DNA of 64,000 nucleotides from NCBI RefSeq assembly GCF_964355755.1, contig NC_092671.1, forward strand, positions 34,234,304 to 34,298,303, in the 5' to 3' direction. Positions 51,430 to 63,761 of this stretch are shown here, piece by piece. The position numbers were made by a program, and so were the translations under genes. The notes beneath the pieces are model-generated. The model saw nothing but the letters and a program-made list of their open reading frames with translations. It was not told the DNA's origin and did not search any database. How positions within the stretch are numbered: the first letter of the stretch is position 1; the number at the start of each line of letters is the position of its first letter. This DNA is from Antedon mediterranea (lineage: Eukaryota; Animalia; Echinodermata).

Positions 51430-54400
51430 TTATGCACGGCTTAATCCATCTGCATTTCCATTTAATGATCCTTTCTTGTAAATAACTTTAAATTTATATC
51501 CTTGTAAAAACAGAGCCCATCTCATAAGTCTAACATTTGCACCCTTCATTGAGTCCATCCATCTCAATGCCTGGTGGTCAGTATGAACTTGAAATTCACA
51601 ACCATACAGATAATACTTAAGTTTATTGATAGCCCAAACAATAGAGAGGCACTCTTTTTCTGGCACAGAATATCTCTGCTCATGTACAGATAACTTTCTA
51701 CTTAAGTACACAATGGGATAATCATTACCCTCACCATCTATTTGGCTCAGCACTGCACCTATGCCATAATTTGAGGCATCGGTTTGCAATATAAACATCT
51801 TATCAAAATTTGGGGCTTTTAATACATTATCATCAGTAAGTCGTTTCTTTAAAGTTACAAAGGCATTTTCACATTGTTCATTCCACTTAACGGTATTACT
51901 TTTACTCTTTAAAGTTAAATCAATCAATGGCTTAGCAATATCGGCATAGTTCTGTACAAATTTTCTGTAATAGCCAGTTAATCCGAGAAATGATCGGACT
52001 TGTTTCTTAGACAAAGGTCTGGGGAACTTTTCCACAGCCTCAACCTTATCAATCATGGGTCTAATTTCTCCATTACCAATCTTATGCCCCAGAAATTCTA
52101 CCTGTGCATAGGCAATTTTACATTTCAAAGGCTTTGCTGTCAATCCAGCACTACTTAATCTTTCTAATACATCATTCAAATGAAAAATATGATCTTTCCA
52201 AGTTTGACTATAAATACATATGTCATCTATATATGCCTTAGCATATCCCTCAGTACCTTGTAATACCTTATCCATTAATCTTTGGAAAGTACTAGAGCTA
52301 TTTTGCATACCAAATGGAAGTACATTGTAACAATACTGTCCAAATTGTGTAATAAATGCTGATTTGTCTTTGGTCTTAGGATCCAGAGGCACCTGGTAAA
52401 ATCCTTTAGTTAGATCTAACGTAGTTATGTATATTGCGGATGATACCTCATCCAACATTTCGTCTATGCGAGGCATAACATAAGGGTCAAATTGTGTAGT
52501 CTTATTTAGTGATCTAAAATCTGTCACCATTCTAATTTGATTCTGGCCTTTCTTCAGGGCAATAATAGGTGCAGCATAGGCACTAACTGTAGGTTCTATT
52601 ATACCCATAGCCAACATACTATCTAATTCTTCTTTCAATTTACCCTTTAATGCTTGGGGCGTTCTATATGCCCTATGCCTTATAGGCATTTCACCACTAG
52701 TCTTAATTTCATGTGTCACTAAGTGAGTTCTACCTGGTACATCCGAGAATACATTCTGTTGGTACTTTAACAATTCTGTTAATTGTTTAGTTTGTGTATC
52801 ATTTAAATTACTACTAACGTTAACATCTCTCCATGTTTGTGATTGATGATAAGACAATCCTATGTCTATTTCACTATCTAACTCATTGTCATGGACTGTT
52901 TCATTTAAGTCTACTTCTTCTATCGACTGAACATTTGTTACTACATAATAACCATCTTTACTTATTTCTACTTTATCATACCATCTCTTTAACATATTAA
53001 CATGTAGAATTTGTTTTTCTTTTCTTCTACCTCCTATGTATATTTCATAATTTACATCATTGACCTTTTTTGTAACAGTGAAGGGGCCTTGCCATTTACT
53101 GTCTAACTTACTATTTCCTACTGGAAGGAATATCAACACTTTGTCCCCTTCTACAAATTCTCTATCAATAGCATTCTTGTTATAATTGTGGGACATAATT
53201 TCTTGTTGTTCAAGTTTGTTTACATTAGCATCTTTCATTAATACCTCCATTTTTTCTCTTATGTCTAACATGTATTTGATAACATCAGTAGATGTTTCTT
53301 CATCTTCTACCCAATTACTTTTTAGTAAACTCAAGGGTCCCCTCACCTCTCTACCATAAAGCAATTTAAAAGGTGAATGGCCCGTCGCTTTACTAGGAAC
53401 TTCTCTGTATGCAAACAGAAAGGGGGGTATGTAGTTATCCCAATTTTTTCTTTGCTTAACTGTAAGTGTCCTTATCATATTTTTCAATGTACCGTGAAAT
53501 CTTTCGACAAGCCCATTGCTTTGGGGGTGGTACACTGTAGTCTTTAATTGATTAATCCCCAACATACTACATATAGATTGCATAATTGAAGACATGAAAT
53601 TAGTTCCTTGATCATGTACAATCTCTTCGGGTAATCCTACTCTAGTAAAGACTTCTATTAGAGCCCTGGCTACTGTTTCAGCTCTAACATTGGGTAACGG
53701 GATAGCATCCGGATATCTCGTAGCATAGTCAATTGTAGTAAGCATATATTTGTTATTACGGCTTGTTCTAGATAAGGGTCCAACAATGTCTATCGCTATA
53801 CGTTTAAATGGTGTACTTATAATCGGTAATGGTATCAAAGTATGTTTCCTTTTACTTTTACCCTTATCTACCTTTTGGCATTCCTTACAGACTTTACAAT
53901 AGACTACCACATCTTTAAATATACCTGGCCCATAGAATTGGTTCAGGACCCTACTTTTAGTTTTCTCAACACCCATGTGACCTGCAAATGGCACATTATG
54001 ACCTAAGTGTAATACACCCTGTCTACACTGAGTAGGTAATACAATCTGCTCCACTTGGTTATTCTTATCTTTAATACTACTCCAATTTCTCATCAATATA
54101 CCTTGTCTCATAAAGAAACATACCCTATGCTGACCTATTTCTTCTATAGGGACTACCCTGTCAAACACTCCTTTGAGTGAGTCATCATTAGTTTGCAATT
54201 TGATCAGTTCTTGTTTAGTTAGGTTCAGCTTGTGCTGTTGTTCATAAGTTTTATGTTTGACTGTTTTATCTTTAGCTTTATCCTCATTTTCGTCAAACAA
54301 ATTATTCATTTCTGTTCCATTCATATCATCTAAACACTTAGTTTTATTTACTTTGTTGTCATTTACTACTGTTTTCAACAACTGTACATTAGTTTCTTTA

Positions 54401-56049
54401 GGCGGCTCTTCTGTCGGCTTAAAGTTACTATCTTTCCCTAACAATATCATTTCGTCTTGTATTCTAACATCATTTTCTATTCTGGCTTGCTCCCTAGTTA
54501 GGACGAACATTTCTTTAGCCATTGTTTCCCCACAATTCTGGTCCAAATCATGACCCAATAACATGTCCCTCTGTAATCCTTCGATTACGGCTACAATCAC
54601 TTTTCCTGTCACTATCTTACTTTCTATAGCTACCTCAGCTAAGGGGACGGTAATATCGCCTCCTATACCTCTTAACGTAACCCATTTTCCTGGCAAGTAA
54701 CATTTGTTAGGCACTAGACTTTCCTTAACAGCTGACTGGGTACATCCCGAGTCTCTAAGCATAGTTATATCCTGTCCTTCTAATTTTCCTGGTATTGTAC
54801 ACTTCTCCATTTTATTTTCTACACTATCTATAACTACTTGGGGTCTATCTGATTTTAGTCCTTCACATCTTAAGCCATCTTTCACATTCGGGCCCTTCTT
54901 AGTGTCACTAGTCTTTCCTTTTGCTACCATCTTAGGACAATCCCCTATTTTATGTCCCTTCTCCTTACAATTGAAACATAGGCCATTAATCCATTCATTT
55001 GAAGGTTCTCTCTGTTGGAAATTTCTACCATAGTTATGGAATTTGCCTCCCCTTCCGCGATACCTATTGTATCCTTGCTGCCTAGCTCCAGGGTTATTCT
55101 GAGTCGTACTATTCTTAGGTTTACTATTTTCTTGGCCCTTATAATACGTAGGCTTATTTTCAGAATTTACGGCATTCCAATAGCCACGGCCACCTCTATT
55201 AGCTATATAATCATCGGCTATCCTAGCCATATCATAGCTCTTATTTACTTGTTTATCTCTAAGATAAAGCCTCAGATCTTCAGGCATTTTATCAAGTGCC
55301 TGTTCCATTATAATCATTTCAATAATGCCTGCAGCATCATCTTCTTTTACATTAGCACATTTCAAATAATGGGAGAGCTCATTCAGCCATTCCCTGATGG
55401 ACATATCTTTAACTCTGTTTGAATTTCTAAATTTAAATCTGTAGGTCTCTGCGGACACATCATACTTTTCTAAGATTGCCTTCTTTAAGGTATCATAATC
55501 TACACATTCTTTTACGGTTAAGGATGCATATGCTGTCCTAGCTTTACCAGACAGTTCAGGTGCTAACCTAGCGGACCACGTATTCTTATCCCAACCTGTG
55601 GCTTCTGCCAAGTGTTCAAATGTTCTAAAATATATATCAATATCATCTGATTCCTTCAAAGTAGGAACCTTTACCTTCATTTCATCTACTATATTCCTAG
55701 CATTACTGTAGCTAGACCTATTTTCTAATTCCATCATTTTCACTCTTTCTTGTGATTCAATTTTTCTTTGCTCTATATCTATTTTCTTTTGCTCTATATC
55801 TGCTTTTAATTGGTCTTGTTGGTATTGTAATTCTAACTTTTTGTTTTCGGCCTCGAACTTCATTCGAAAATATTCGAGCATCATATCTTTAGGCATACCG
55901 CCGGGTATTTCGGGCAAATCAATATCCCTAGCCATGTTATCATACATTTCATTGACTTGATCAACCTCTTCTTGGTCAACCATATCTTCCCTAGTATCTT
56001 TTTCTGACATAGTCTTATCTATATTTTTACCCGATCTTAAAGTTGTCAT
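51430..56049 (-). CDS. Gag-Pol polyprotein: Gag/CCHC - protease - integrase - RT - RNase H
   Basis: CFNCKEKGHKIGDC, LRDSGC, H..H..CKEC, DIVGP/DQG/GLVER, YIDD, TDAS, TDH, NADGLSR. Confidence 0.97.
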   Translation of the reverse strand: MTTLRSGKNIDKTMSEKDTREDMVDQEEVDQVNEMYDNMARDIDLPEIPGGMPKDMMLEYFRMKFEAENKKLELQYQQDQLKADIEQKKIDIEQRKIESQERVKMMELENRSSYSNARNIVDEMKVKVPTLKESDDIDIYFRTFEHLAEATGWDKNTWSARLAPELSGKARTAYASLTVKECVDYDTLKKAILEKYDVSAETYRFKFRNSNRVKDMSIREWLNELSHYLKCANVKEDDAAGIIEMIIMEQALDKMPEDLRLYLRDKQVNKSYDMARIADDYIANRGGRGYWNAVNSENKPTYYKGQENSKPKNSTTQNNPGARQQGYNRYRGRGGKFHNYGRNFQQREPSNEWINGLCFNCKEKGHKIGDCPKMVAKGKTSDTKKGPNVKDGLRCEGLKSDRPQVVIDSVENKMEKCTIPGKLEGQDITMLRDSGCTQSAVKESLVPNKCYLPGKWVTLRGIGGDITVPLAEVAIESKIVTGKVIVAVIEGLQRDMLLGHDLDQNCGETMAKEMFVLTREQARIENDVRIQDEMILLGKDSNFKPTEEPPKETNVQLLKTVVNDNKVNKTKCLDDMNGTEMNNLFDENEDKAKDKTVKHKTYEQQHKLNLTKQELIKLQTNDDSLKGVFDRVVPIEEIGQHRVCFFMRQGILMRNWSSIKDKNNQVEQIVLPTQCRQGVLHLGHNVPFAGHMGVEKTKSRVLNQFYGPGIFKDVVVYCKVCKECQKVDKGKSKRKHTLIPLPIISTPFKRIAIDIVGPLSRTSRNNKYMLTTIDYATRYPDAIPLPNVRAETVARALIEVFTRVGLPEEIVHDQGTNFMSSIMQSICSMLGINQLKTTVYHPQSNGLVERFHGTLKNMIRTLTVKQRKNWDNYIPPFLFAYREVPSKATGHSPFKLLYGREVRGPLSLLKSNWVEDEETSTDVIKYMLDIREKMEVLMKDANVNKLEQQEIMSHNYNKNAIDREFVEGDKVLIFLPVGNSKLDSKWQGPFTVTKKVNDVNYEIYIGGRRKEKQILHVNMLKRWYDKVEISKDGYYVVTNVQSIEEVDLNETVHDNELDSEIDIGLSYHQSQTWRDVNVSSNLNDTQTKQLTELLKYQQNVFSDVPGRTHLVTHEIKTSGEMPIRHRAYRTPQALKGKLKEELDSMLAMGIIEPTVSAYAAPIIALKKGQNQIRMVTDFRSLNKTTQFDPYVMPRIDEMLDEVSSAIYITTLDLTKGFYQVPLDPKTKDKSAFITQFGQYCYNVLPFGMQNSSSTFQRLMDKVLQGTEGYAKAYIDDICIYSQTWKDHIFHLNDVLERLSSAGLTAKPLKCKIAYAQVEFLGHKIGNGEIRPMIDKVEAVEKFPRPLSKKQVRSFLGLTGYYRKFVQNYADIAKPLIDLTLKSKSNTVKWNEQCENAFVTLKKRLTDDNVLKAPNFDKMFILQTDASNYGIGAVLSQIDGEGNDYPIVYLSRKLSVHEQRYSVPEKECLSIVWAINKLKYYLYGCEFQVHTDHQALRWMDSMKGANVRLMRWALFLQGYKFKVIYKKGSLNGNADGLSRA

Positions 56050-56577
56050 GCTAATAACAATTTTACTAATGAAATATGTAAACTTATGTATACAAAATAT
56101 GTTATAAAAGTATTTGTATTACCTTGATTCCATTCAGATATGTAAAAATATGAAATCCACATAAATTTTTAAATGCAATACAATATAAGACATTAATTTA
56201 CTTCAAAGTCACAAACAACGTTCCAAGTTCGCTCCGTACAAAAATTTTACTTTCGAAATAAAATAGTTTACAAAGTCAGCTTTGCAAATCTTCTCCAAAT
56301 TTACTGGGCTTCCTTCTGTTACTTCAGTCTTCTTCTTTCAGACCTCGGTGAATTATACAGTATCTCCGATGAATATCCAGCAGTCTTGAGCTCAACAGTA
56401 CTTCTTCTTCGTTGTAATATCCAAACAACGCACGGTATAAAAACTGTCAGGAATCCAGATCTTCGTAACCATTTAACTTTTTGGTTACTGATTTAACAGG
56501 CCCGTAGAGTAGGCACTGTCACTTCTTCTTCTTCTTCTTCTTCTTCTTGATACTTAAATCATGTAAACAAAAATTTT

Positions 56578-56591
56578 CACCGCTGCCACCA
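56578..56591 (-). promoter_or_regulatory. Primer binding site complementary to the tRNA-Leu 3' end
   Basis: TGGTGGCAGCGGTG immediately follows the 5' LTR; animal tRNA-Leu(AAG/TAG) ends ...CACCGCTGCCA-CCA. Confidence 0.8.
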
Positions 56592-57075
56592 TGTAGTGAA
56601 TTTATCTTTTAGTTGGTTCCGAGCTTTCTCAGGCGTATATCCACTCGCCGTACACAGCTGTCGTTCCGAGCTTTCTCGGACGTATATATTTCCACGCGAC
56701 GTACACAGCTGTCACTGAATGATAACTCATACAAAAAGTATATTTAACTCAACTAGAACTTTTATTCCTTGTAATTCGATTAATACATCTTTCTACCACT
56801 ACCAGTCAAGCCTTAATATTTTCCTTATCATCTTTCCGTTTATCTACTCTGATCTTATTCTCTCTTCTCGTTTATCTACTCTGATCTTATTCTCTCTTCT
56901 CTTCTAATATCTATTACATTCTACTTTTATACTGGATATGCAAATTTTAGGCTTCAGAGGAGGATAACATTTTCCCTCCAAAATTTATGCGATTTTGATT
57001 GGCTAATAATAAGGCGGACCTGGTCTAAAGCATCCTTCTCTAAACACAGAGAATCACAACATCAATAATATGACA
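56592..57075 (-). repeat. 5' LTR of copy 3
   Basis: 484-bp direct repeat of 50845-51328. Confidence 0.95.
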
Positions 57076-57588
57076 ATGATGAATAAACTTGCATGTTATG
57101 ACCAAGACAAAGCATCCAAAATCAAAATGCATATAAACCTTAATCCCTCACTAGTACGTCTATGTCACACTTTGCTTAACTCATCCCTTGTATATAATAG
57201 TTCTTTTAAACGATTTAAATTTTGTTTAAATAAAAATTAATTGACACACATTTTGTAGACACACTGCTTATAGGTCAGGAAATGTCTATTGAATTATATG
57301 TAGGTACTGCGTTAATTTAGATTGTGATATTTATATAAAAAAACATTTAAAAAAAATTAAGACTCATTTTGTGAGTTTCTCTTTCGGATGTATTTTCCAG
57401 GGTGCTATTCTATTTGACTACATCAATCACCGTGTTTGTATTACGACATGCATTAGTCCTACACTGTCCTGTGGTTCATATATCCTTTAAACATTATGAA
57501 ATTTATCATTTAACAATTGAAAGTAAATGCAAGTAGTAAACCTGTAATGAAATGTACATTTTTGAATGGATTTGTATTATTATTATAG

Positions 57589-57615
57589 TCAACCCGAAGA
57601 AAAACAAAATTCCAT
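57589..57615 (+). CDS. Candidate 27-nt phase-2 microexon of paralog 3 (QPEEKQNS)
   Basis: TATAG|27 nt|GTAATT, open in phase 2; flanks are less similar to the cassette consensus than the others. Confidence 0.4.
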
Positions 57616-57985
57616 GTAATTGTAAAATAAGTTCATGGATTATTATTTTAACAAACAAAACATATTAAATGTTACTGTCTTTTGGATATTTTAGAATGTT
57701 CTCCAAATTTTGAATTAATTTGATATAAAAAGGCGAAATAGAACGAATTATATGCATCAGCGTATTCTGCAAATTGTGCTCATAAATCGATCATTAACCT
57801 GTGTCTTGGAATATAGCATCGCCTTATTGTTAAACATTCGTAACAGCTTCCATAATTTCGAATTGACATTAATTATTTTGTTCATGCCAACACTCACAAA
57901 ACAAAAGCCGTTCAAAACAATGTGATTAGTGACGATAGTATTTACGTTTAGGCTAATTTATTTTTCAAAGTTAAAAAAGTGTTTA

Positions 57986-58252
57986 ATATAATAATAATAA
58001 TAATACCAGATTTATATAGCGCCTTTTTCATGAGTAATCATGCTCAAAGGCGCTTTACAAGCATTATTACCCCAGTATTTTTTGGGATCAAACACGTATG
58101 GAAACATACTCCCATAATGCAGCCGGTAACCAGCGCAGTTGTGTCTAGATCTAACTGGGTACCCATTTATACACCTGGGTGGAAAGAGGCAACGTAAGTA
58201 AAGTATCTTGCCTACGGATACAAGCAATGCGGCGAGAGTTGGATTCGAACCT
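57986..58252 (-). mobile_element. tRNA-derived SINE with conserved central domain and (TTA)n tail
   Basis: B box GGTTCGAATCC on the minus strand, central CCACCCAGGTGTATAAATGGGTACC, 3' GCGCTATATAAAT and TTA repeats. Confidence 0.7.
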
Positions 58253-58809
58253 AGGTCTTAATTAATCAAATCGGTATTCCCACACTGTCAAAAGACATGA
58301 TAGTTCCAGTTAACCCACCACCTAAATTGTCCTCATCATCAAAGTTAAATAAAAAAGACTTTTCTTTTCAAGCATTGCCCGTGGTGGTGAATACAAAGAG
58401 AGATACAGTTCTCTCCTTTATTAAGTGATGGTGAATTGTTATCGTGTCTAACCGTCTATCTCCCAGGCTTGTGATGAGACGACTATTCAACAGTCTCCCC
58501 GATTTTCAACTGATTGTCGACGTCTACGTACTTCAAAATAAATCACTTTTCAGTCTGGAGTACGCCCTCTAGCCTTCGGCTTATAAAAACTCTCTGCTTT
58601 TTCCATCCATTCGACACACCCCGATCCCCGCCCCCAACCTCCCAGGAAGTCTCCCTGCTGGCGGTAGGGCCTAGCATTTTTGGCCGGTTGTAATTTGATG
58701 TCTATTTTATGTTTTAATTACAACTGAACAATATAAATAATCGAGGATTGTGAATTTTTCAAAGAATACACAATTAAAAGTATCGAAACTATTTTATATT
58801 CATTTTGTC

Positions 58810-59070
58810 TATCTAGCCTAGCTAGCTAGGCCTAGGCCTTAGTATAAATAGGCCTAGGCCTAGTAGCTAGGCATATAGGCTAGTATAGATACAGTAGGCC
58901 TAGGCCTAATTAGCTTACTCTCTAACTAAGGGCCTCCTAGCCTAGCCTACCCTAGGCCTAGAAGCTATGTAGGCCTTCCTTAGGCCCCAGAACTAGCCTA
59001 GTCAACAGTAATAATAGGCCTATAGGCCCTTGTACCTTGATATCTAAAAACTAAGCCTAGACTAGGCCTA
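58810..59070. repeat. TAGGCCTA/CTAG-rich low-complexity tract
   Basis: Dense AGGCCT and CTAG palindromes. Confidence 0.8.
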
Positions 59071-59424
59071 TGCATCATCCAAATTGTAAAATAAATTCAT
59101 AAATTATATAATATTATCTTTATAAATCATAAAAATCAAAGGTACAACAAGTAGTATAAATATAATTACAGTATGTAAAACATAATAGGATTCTCATAAG
59201 ACTAGAGTGAGTATAGACTTTGTTGCAGGGCTGCAAATTAACTTTTTTACTTGGTAGCACTATCAAATGTGTATGATGGCCGGCTCATAATAATTTTTGG
59301 TAGCACCACCAATTTTTTTAGTAGCACCTCGACAACTAACCCCCTTCCCTCAAACCATATCCGCGCAGATCCGTTTTTAGTTTAGTGGGGGGGGGGAGGT
59401 GTATAAAAATGAAATACAACCTTA

Positions 59425-59798
59425 AGCCGATTTTCCACTAGGCGAATTTGTTCGCGCGAATCGAAAGCGTCATGCTCTGCGCATGCGTATTCGAGTTTCT
59501 GTCTGTCATACTCCCTTCTGCGACGAATTCTAGTTCCTTGAATTTTCGCTGTAGCGAAATTTACTAGTTCGAATTGTTTCTACTTTTTGCGAAGCGAAAT
59601 ATTGCGCAACCAATCAGAGCTCAGGAAATGAGCTATGACGCTTTCATGAGCAGTCATGCGAATCGAAATGCTCAGCAACCACGCGAGGAACATGAACGTC
59701 GCAGCTATTCGCTCATGTAGTGGAAAGAGAGTAGGCGATTTTTGTCTCTTCGAAACGTTTGATTCGCGCGAACAAATTCGCCTAGTGGAAAATCGGCT
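59425..59798. mobile_element. PIF/Harbinger-type MITE
   Basis: 38-bp TIR AGCCGATTTTCCACTAGGCGAATTTGTTCGCGCGAATC with TTA TSD on both sides. Confidence 0.9.
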
Positions 59799-60994
59799 TT
59801 AGGCTGGCGTCAGGGGGGCGCCAATGGCCCCGCTTTGGGGGGGGGGATTTTTGAGTAATTATAGGTTGTTTCAATCGATTTCTGAGCACATAAAAATTCC
59901 GCCCTGAAGAATTCAATTAATTTGGGTTATGCACATTTAGGCACTGGTCCTGATGCGCCACTTATATTCACGCAAGATCTATTCTTTTTACGGTAACAGA
60001 AAGAAATTACTGCTTTGTATATACGCGTAACCTTTCGTAGCCTACGCGTAAATAGATCGTAGGTCATTGTTCGCTAAACGTATCCTGCAATCAAAGTATT
60101 GTTCGTTGCCTACGATGTATTGATAATGATAATATCTACGCGTCGATCATAGGGTGGTTTGTAGGTTTAGTAATTTGTAAACACCAATGTCATCGCCTTT
60201 AGGAGCATGAACAATGGAAACAAACATGTATTGTTGGCTAATTAAAATCCTAGACGTTAATTTTTGTAGCCGCCCTACACATCGGTTGTCCTAATTTGGC
60301 AGGACATCCGCCGACGAGACGAAATCGTGCCCGAGGCTCACGCAGAGAGAGTTTCGGTGGCCTACATGATTCAATCCTACCTTGGTTTAGCGAATTATAA
60401 AAACAACACCACCTTGGCTAGGACACCAACAAAATATATGGAAAATAAATATATATTCCATGTTAAGATTTAACATAGTTCTTTGCATGTTCTTTGTAAA
60501 TTATTATTACGACAAAAGGCCCGACCAGAATTTGAAGGAGAAAAACGTGCGAATCGTGGGAACAGTTTAGAGCTGTATTACGTTTCATGTGACGCAAAAT
60601 TCAGGTACACTGTTTTGTAGCCACCCCTCGTACCGAGTAAAAAAAAACATGCGAGAGGTTTGCGGTGGTAAAACAGAGTATCGCGTTTCATGACATGTGA
60701 CCAAAAAACTAGGTCTGTATTAATTACGGTCTAGTCTGTCGGCAGTCTTTTTGAGCGACCGGTTGAACGTTCTGATACTATATTTAGAATGAATTGTTTA
60801 CGATCTTTTTGTTTGCATGTTTCTGGATCGACTGGACGTTCGCTATATTATTTTTATTAGTTGGCATAGTTCATTGTGTTGGATCGTGTCTCTACGTTTA
60901 CATTGTGGGAAATTTATATTCGCCGTTGAGAGTAAAAAAACACACACGAATGAAACATTTACGAATAAAAAATATATATATTATATATTTCTTA

Positions 60995-62131
60995 AGCCCC
61001 TTTCTCACAGATGTGCCTGCAATATACCGGTACAGTGCTGGCGTCGTGCCGGTATCGTTACCGGCATATACCCATTCTCATCGGACTATCGTGCCGGAAA
61101 TATAACCGGTATATACCGGCTGCGATATTTTTTTTCGCTCAACGAAACTGCCAGCTAGCCAGAATACTGTTTTCTGATTGGATGTTGATGTCACGTGAGT
61201 TGTTCAAATCACTCACGCATGCAGTTCGTCTCAGTAGGTAATTCCTCCTCGCACTCTCAGAGCGGTTGCGACTCGCACTGCATGCTCTCTAGGCTAGCAA
61301 TTTACGTGTTGTAGGAATCGTACATTTCAATGGCTCGCTGCCTGAGAGCGCGCTGCCTGAGACAACTACTAACTCCTTGCACAACAGACAGAGGAGGCTT
61401 ACAATTTCCCGCTTAAGAGCTGGCCCGGCTTTCTGTGAGAAAGGAGTCGGGCATATATTCGGCCAATAAAAAGTCTCTGACAAATAATTGTTGAGGGCGT
61501 CCTTTATTGTTATTATTTTTGTCTAGTGATGATATGGCGGCGAATGTTAAGTTACAGATTATTATCTTCCTTTATAGCATATTTATGCAATACATGCTAT
61601 GTACAGTATATTGTGCATATATTATACAGGTGTAGCAATTAATTTGCCGTCATCGGCAATCTGTAAAACACCTTATTAGAAGGCTGTAGGCCTACAATTT
61701 ACAAGGCGACGAAAGGTCAGGCACCAACAAACAAATCAAAGAGCTATGTTATGGCCTAGCCTAGCGGCCTATAGATTATGCTACAAATTTCTTCTTGTCC
61801 CCTTATTTTAAGCAGCTCTCTTATCTCATTATCCCTCCAGTTCGACATTATTATTGTTAATTGAATTGAATAGGCGCCAAAGTGATACACTTGACCGCGC
61901 AAGGTGTCAAAGCCTCGACGGGGAACCCCGGAATATAACGGCGATACGTTCTCACAGAATGCCCGTCTGGCATTGCGGGGAATATCCCTAGAATATTACT
62001 AGGTCTAAAGAAGTGGTCATGTCGATGCCGGCATGATGCCAAGACGACCCGTTCTCACAGAAAACCATACCGGCATGGTAATGGTATATTCCCGCAATAT
62101 TCCTGGCACACAACTCTGTGAGAAAGGGGCT
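60995..62131. mobile_element. PIF/Harbinger-type MITE
   Basis: TIR AGCCCCTTTCTCACAGA, TTA TSD at 60992-60994 and 62132-62134, internal TTCTCACAGA repeats. Confidence 0.88.
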
Positions 62132-63749
62132 TTAGTAATGTACAAATTGGTCCTCCTCCGCCAGTCAAAAATAACACATTAAATAATAATGTTCACACCT
62201 TGCTACTTACTAAAGAACATCATCGTGAGGTTGTTTATTGAGGTTACTAACGAAGCCAAACAATGTAACCTACAAAGCCAACAACGTAGCCTGTTTTATC
62301 TACGAAGCTACTTCGTAGGAAAAGTTGCGGTATTTTCTCTGATATATAATTTTCGATAATCAGAATCTGGAATAAAGTATTAAATCTACTGATAAACAAT
62401 ACTGCTGTTTAATCTATATAATGAATAGATATTATATATATCATTAATTACATTATTTAGTAATCATGATAACCATACTGCCTAAAAAATGCTGATGGCT
62501 GCGCGGCGACAATCCTTTGTTTTCTGCCGCGCCCGCCCTGGCTAACTTCTGTGTACGGCGGTACAATTGTTTTTATATTCCTTCTTTAAAACGGAGGTGA
62601 TTTTCCACGAGGTTTGTGTCGTCCGCGCGTCACACTGTGCTGTGTGTTTGGTGTCCTTTTGTGTGATTGTGTAAGGCAGCATGCAATAAATGGACGAACT
62701 TCCAATCACAACGAGTGTAAAATGTTTAGGGGCTTTGTACGCTTGAATGAACCTGACTCCTTTGCGGCGGCAGCGGTGACTAGTGGAAACTCCTGAGCCT
62801 TCCGTAGTAGAGAGATTAAATTACAACACAGTGTTTGAAATAGGGAAAACACACCTGACTTCAATTTGAAACAACTCGCACAAGCAGACGATCTTGTCTT
62901 GACGACCTATTCTGTTTCTTTAGTTGCAAACAGAAAAATCAGGTCGCAAATGCGACCAAATACCCCTTAATTTGCAGCCCTGCGTTGCTTTCTAAAAATA
63001 TAATATTTATTTGAAAGAAATTAAAAGTAAAGTAGTATTAATAGTTATAATAAAATATAAATTCATTAATGGAATTAATTATTATTGTCAATTAAAAGCA
63101 TAACCAAATACAAATTTAAACTTCCTACACCTCAAGAATTGTGTATTGAATTTCATGTACGTTATTATTAATTGAAATCTCTCAAATAATTATGATAATT
63201 TTAAAATACATTCACATAGATTGTTATTCATATTATATTATGTAAACAAAAAGATTTATAAATAAATGATTATGATTGTACAGAATTTAGTGTGAATAAA
63301 TAATGGTTACCACAAATCATAACAAACATCAACATTGCATTTACACATACTTCCTACACATTATTTAAATATAAAAATCAATCTTACAACTTTTGAATGT
63401 CTTTTTGAATATTTTAGATAATTGTCCAATTTGTAAAATAAGTTAATACAGTACTATAGTATCATGTACCTATAAAATGTATAGGTCCATGATAGTAATA
63501 CAAAACAGGTACAGGTACTGTAACTTGTTAAAACATAAGATAATCAAAATGCTTTTGACCTTTAACTTGCTATTGCAAATGTAATAACAAAATCAAGTTT
63601 AAGCTAACTATAATATAGTATGTTAAAACAATGACAGTACATAGCAATCTGGTTGTCAATAAATAACAAAGCTGGTAATTAAACAATGCATTAATATTCA
63701 GACATTATTTATGTAAATTTACTAATGAATCTTAATACTTTTTTTACAG

Positions 63750-63761
63750 AAAAAGGCGAAT
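63750..63761 (+). CDS. 12-nt phase-2 microexon of putative paralog 3 (KRR)
   Basis: GACATTATTTATGTAAATTTACTAATGAATCTTAATACTTTTTTTACAG|AAAAAGGCGAAT|GTAAGTATAAAC, with full cassette-consensus flanks. Confidence 0.7.

Larger units (their letters stand above)
50845..57075 (-). mobile_element. Full-length Gmr1-like Gypsy copy 3
   Basis: Two 484-bp LTRs, TSD ATGAT at 50840-50844 and 57076-57080, PBS, PPT, and a single uninterrupted ORF. Confidence 0.97.
59226..62982. mobile_element. Non-autonomous hAT-like element with nested MITEs
   Basis: Perfect 16-bp TIR CAGGGCTGCAAATTAA at 59226 and its reverse complement ending at 62982. No clean 8-bp TSD and no transposase. Confidence 0.55.

Noticed and set aside
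60794-62796. Short overlapping ORFs as transposase
   Set aside because: No DDE or BED motifs; they overlap MITE sequence.
63418-63432. Possible 15-nt microexon
   Set aside because: Weak donor (GTAAAA) and TAA in phase 2.
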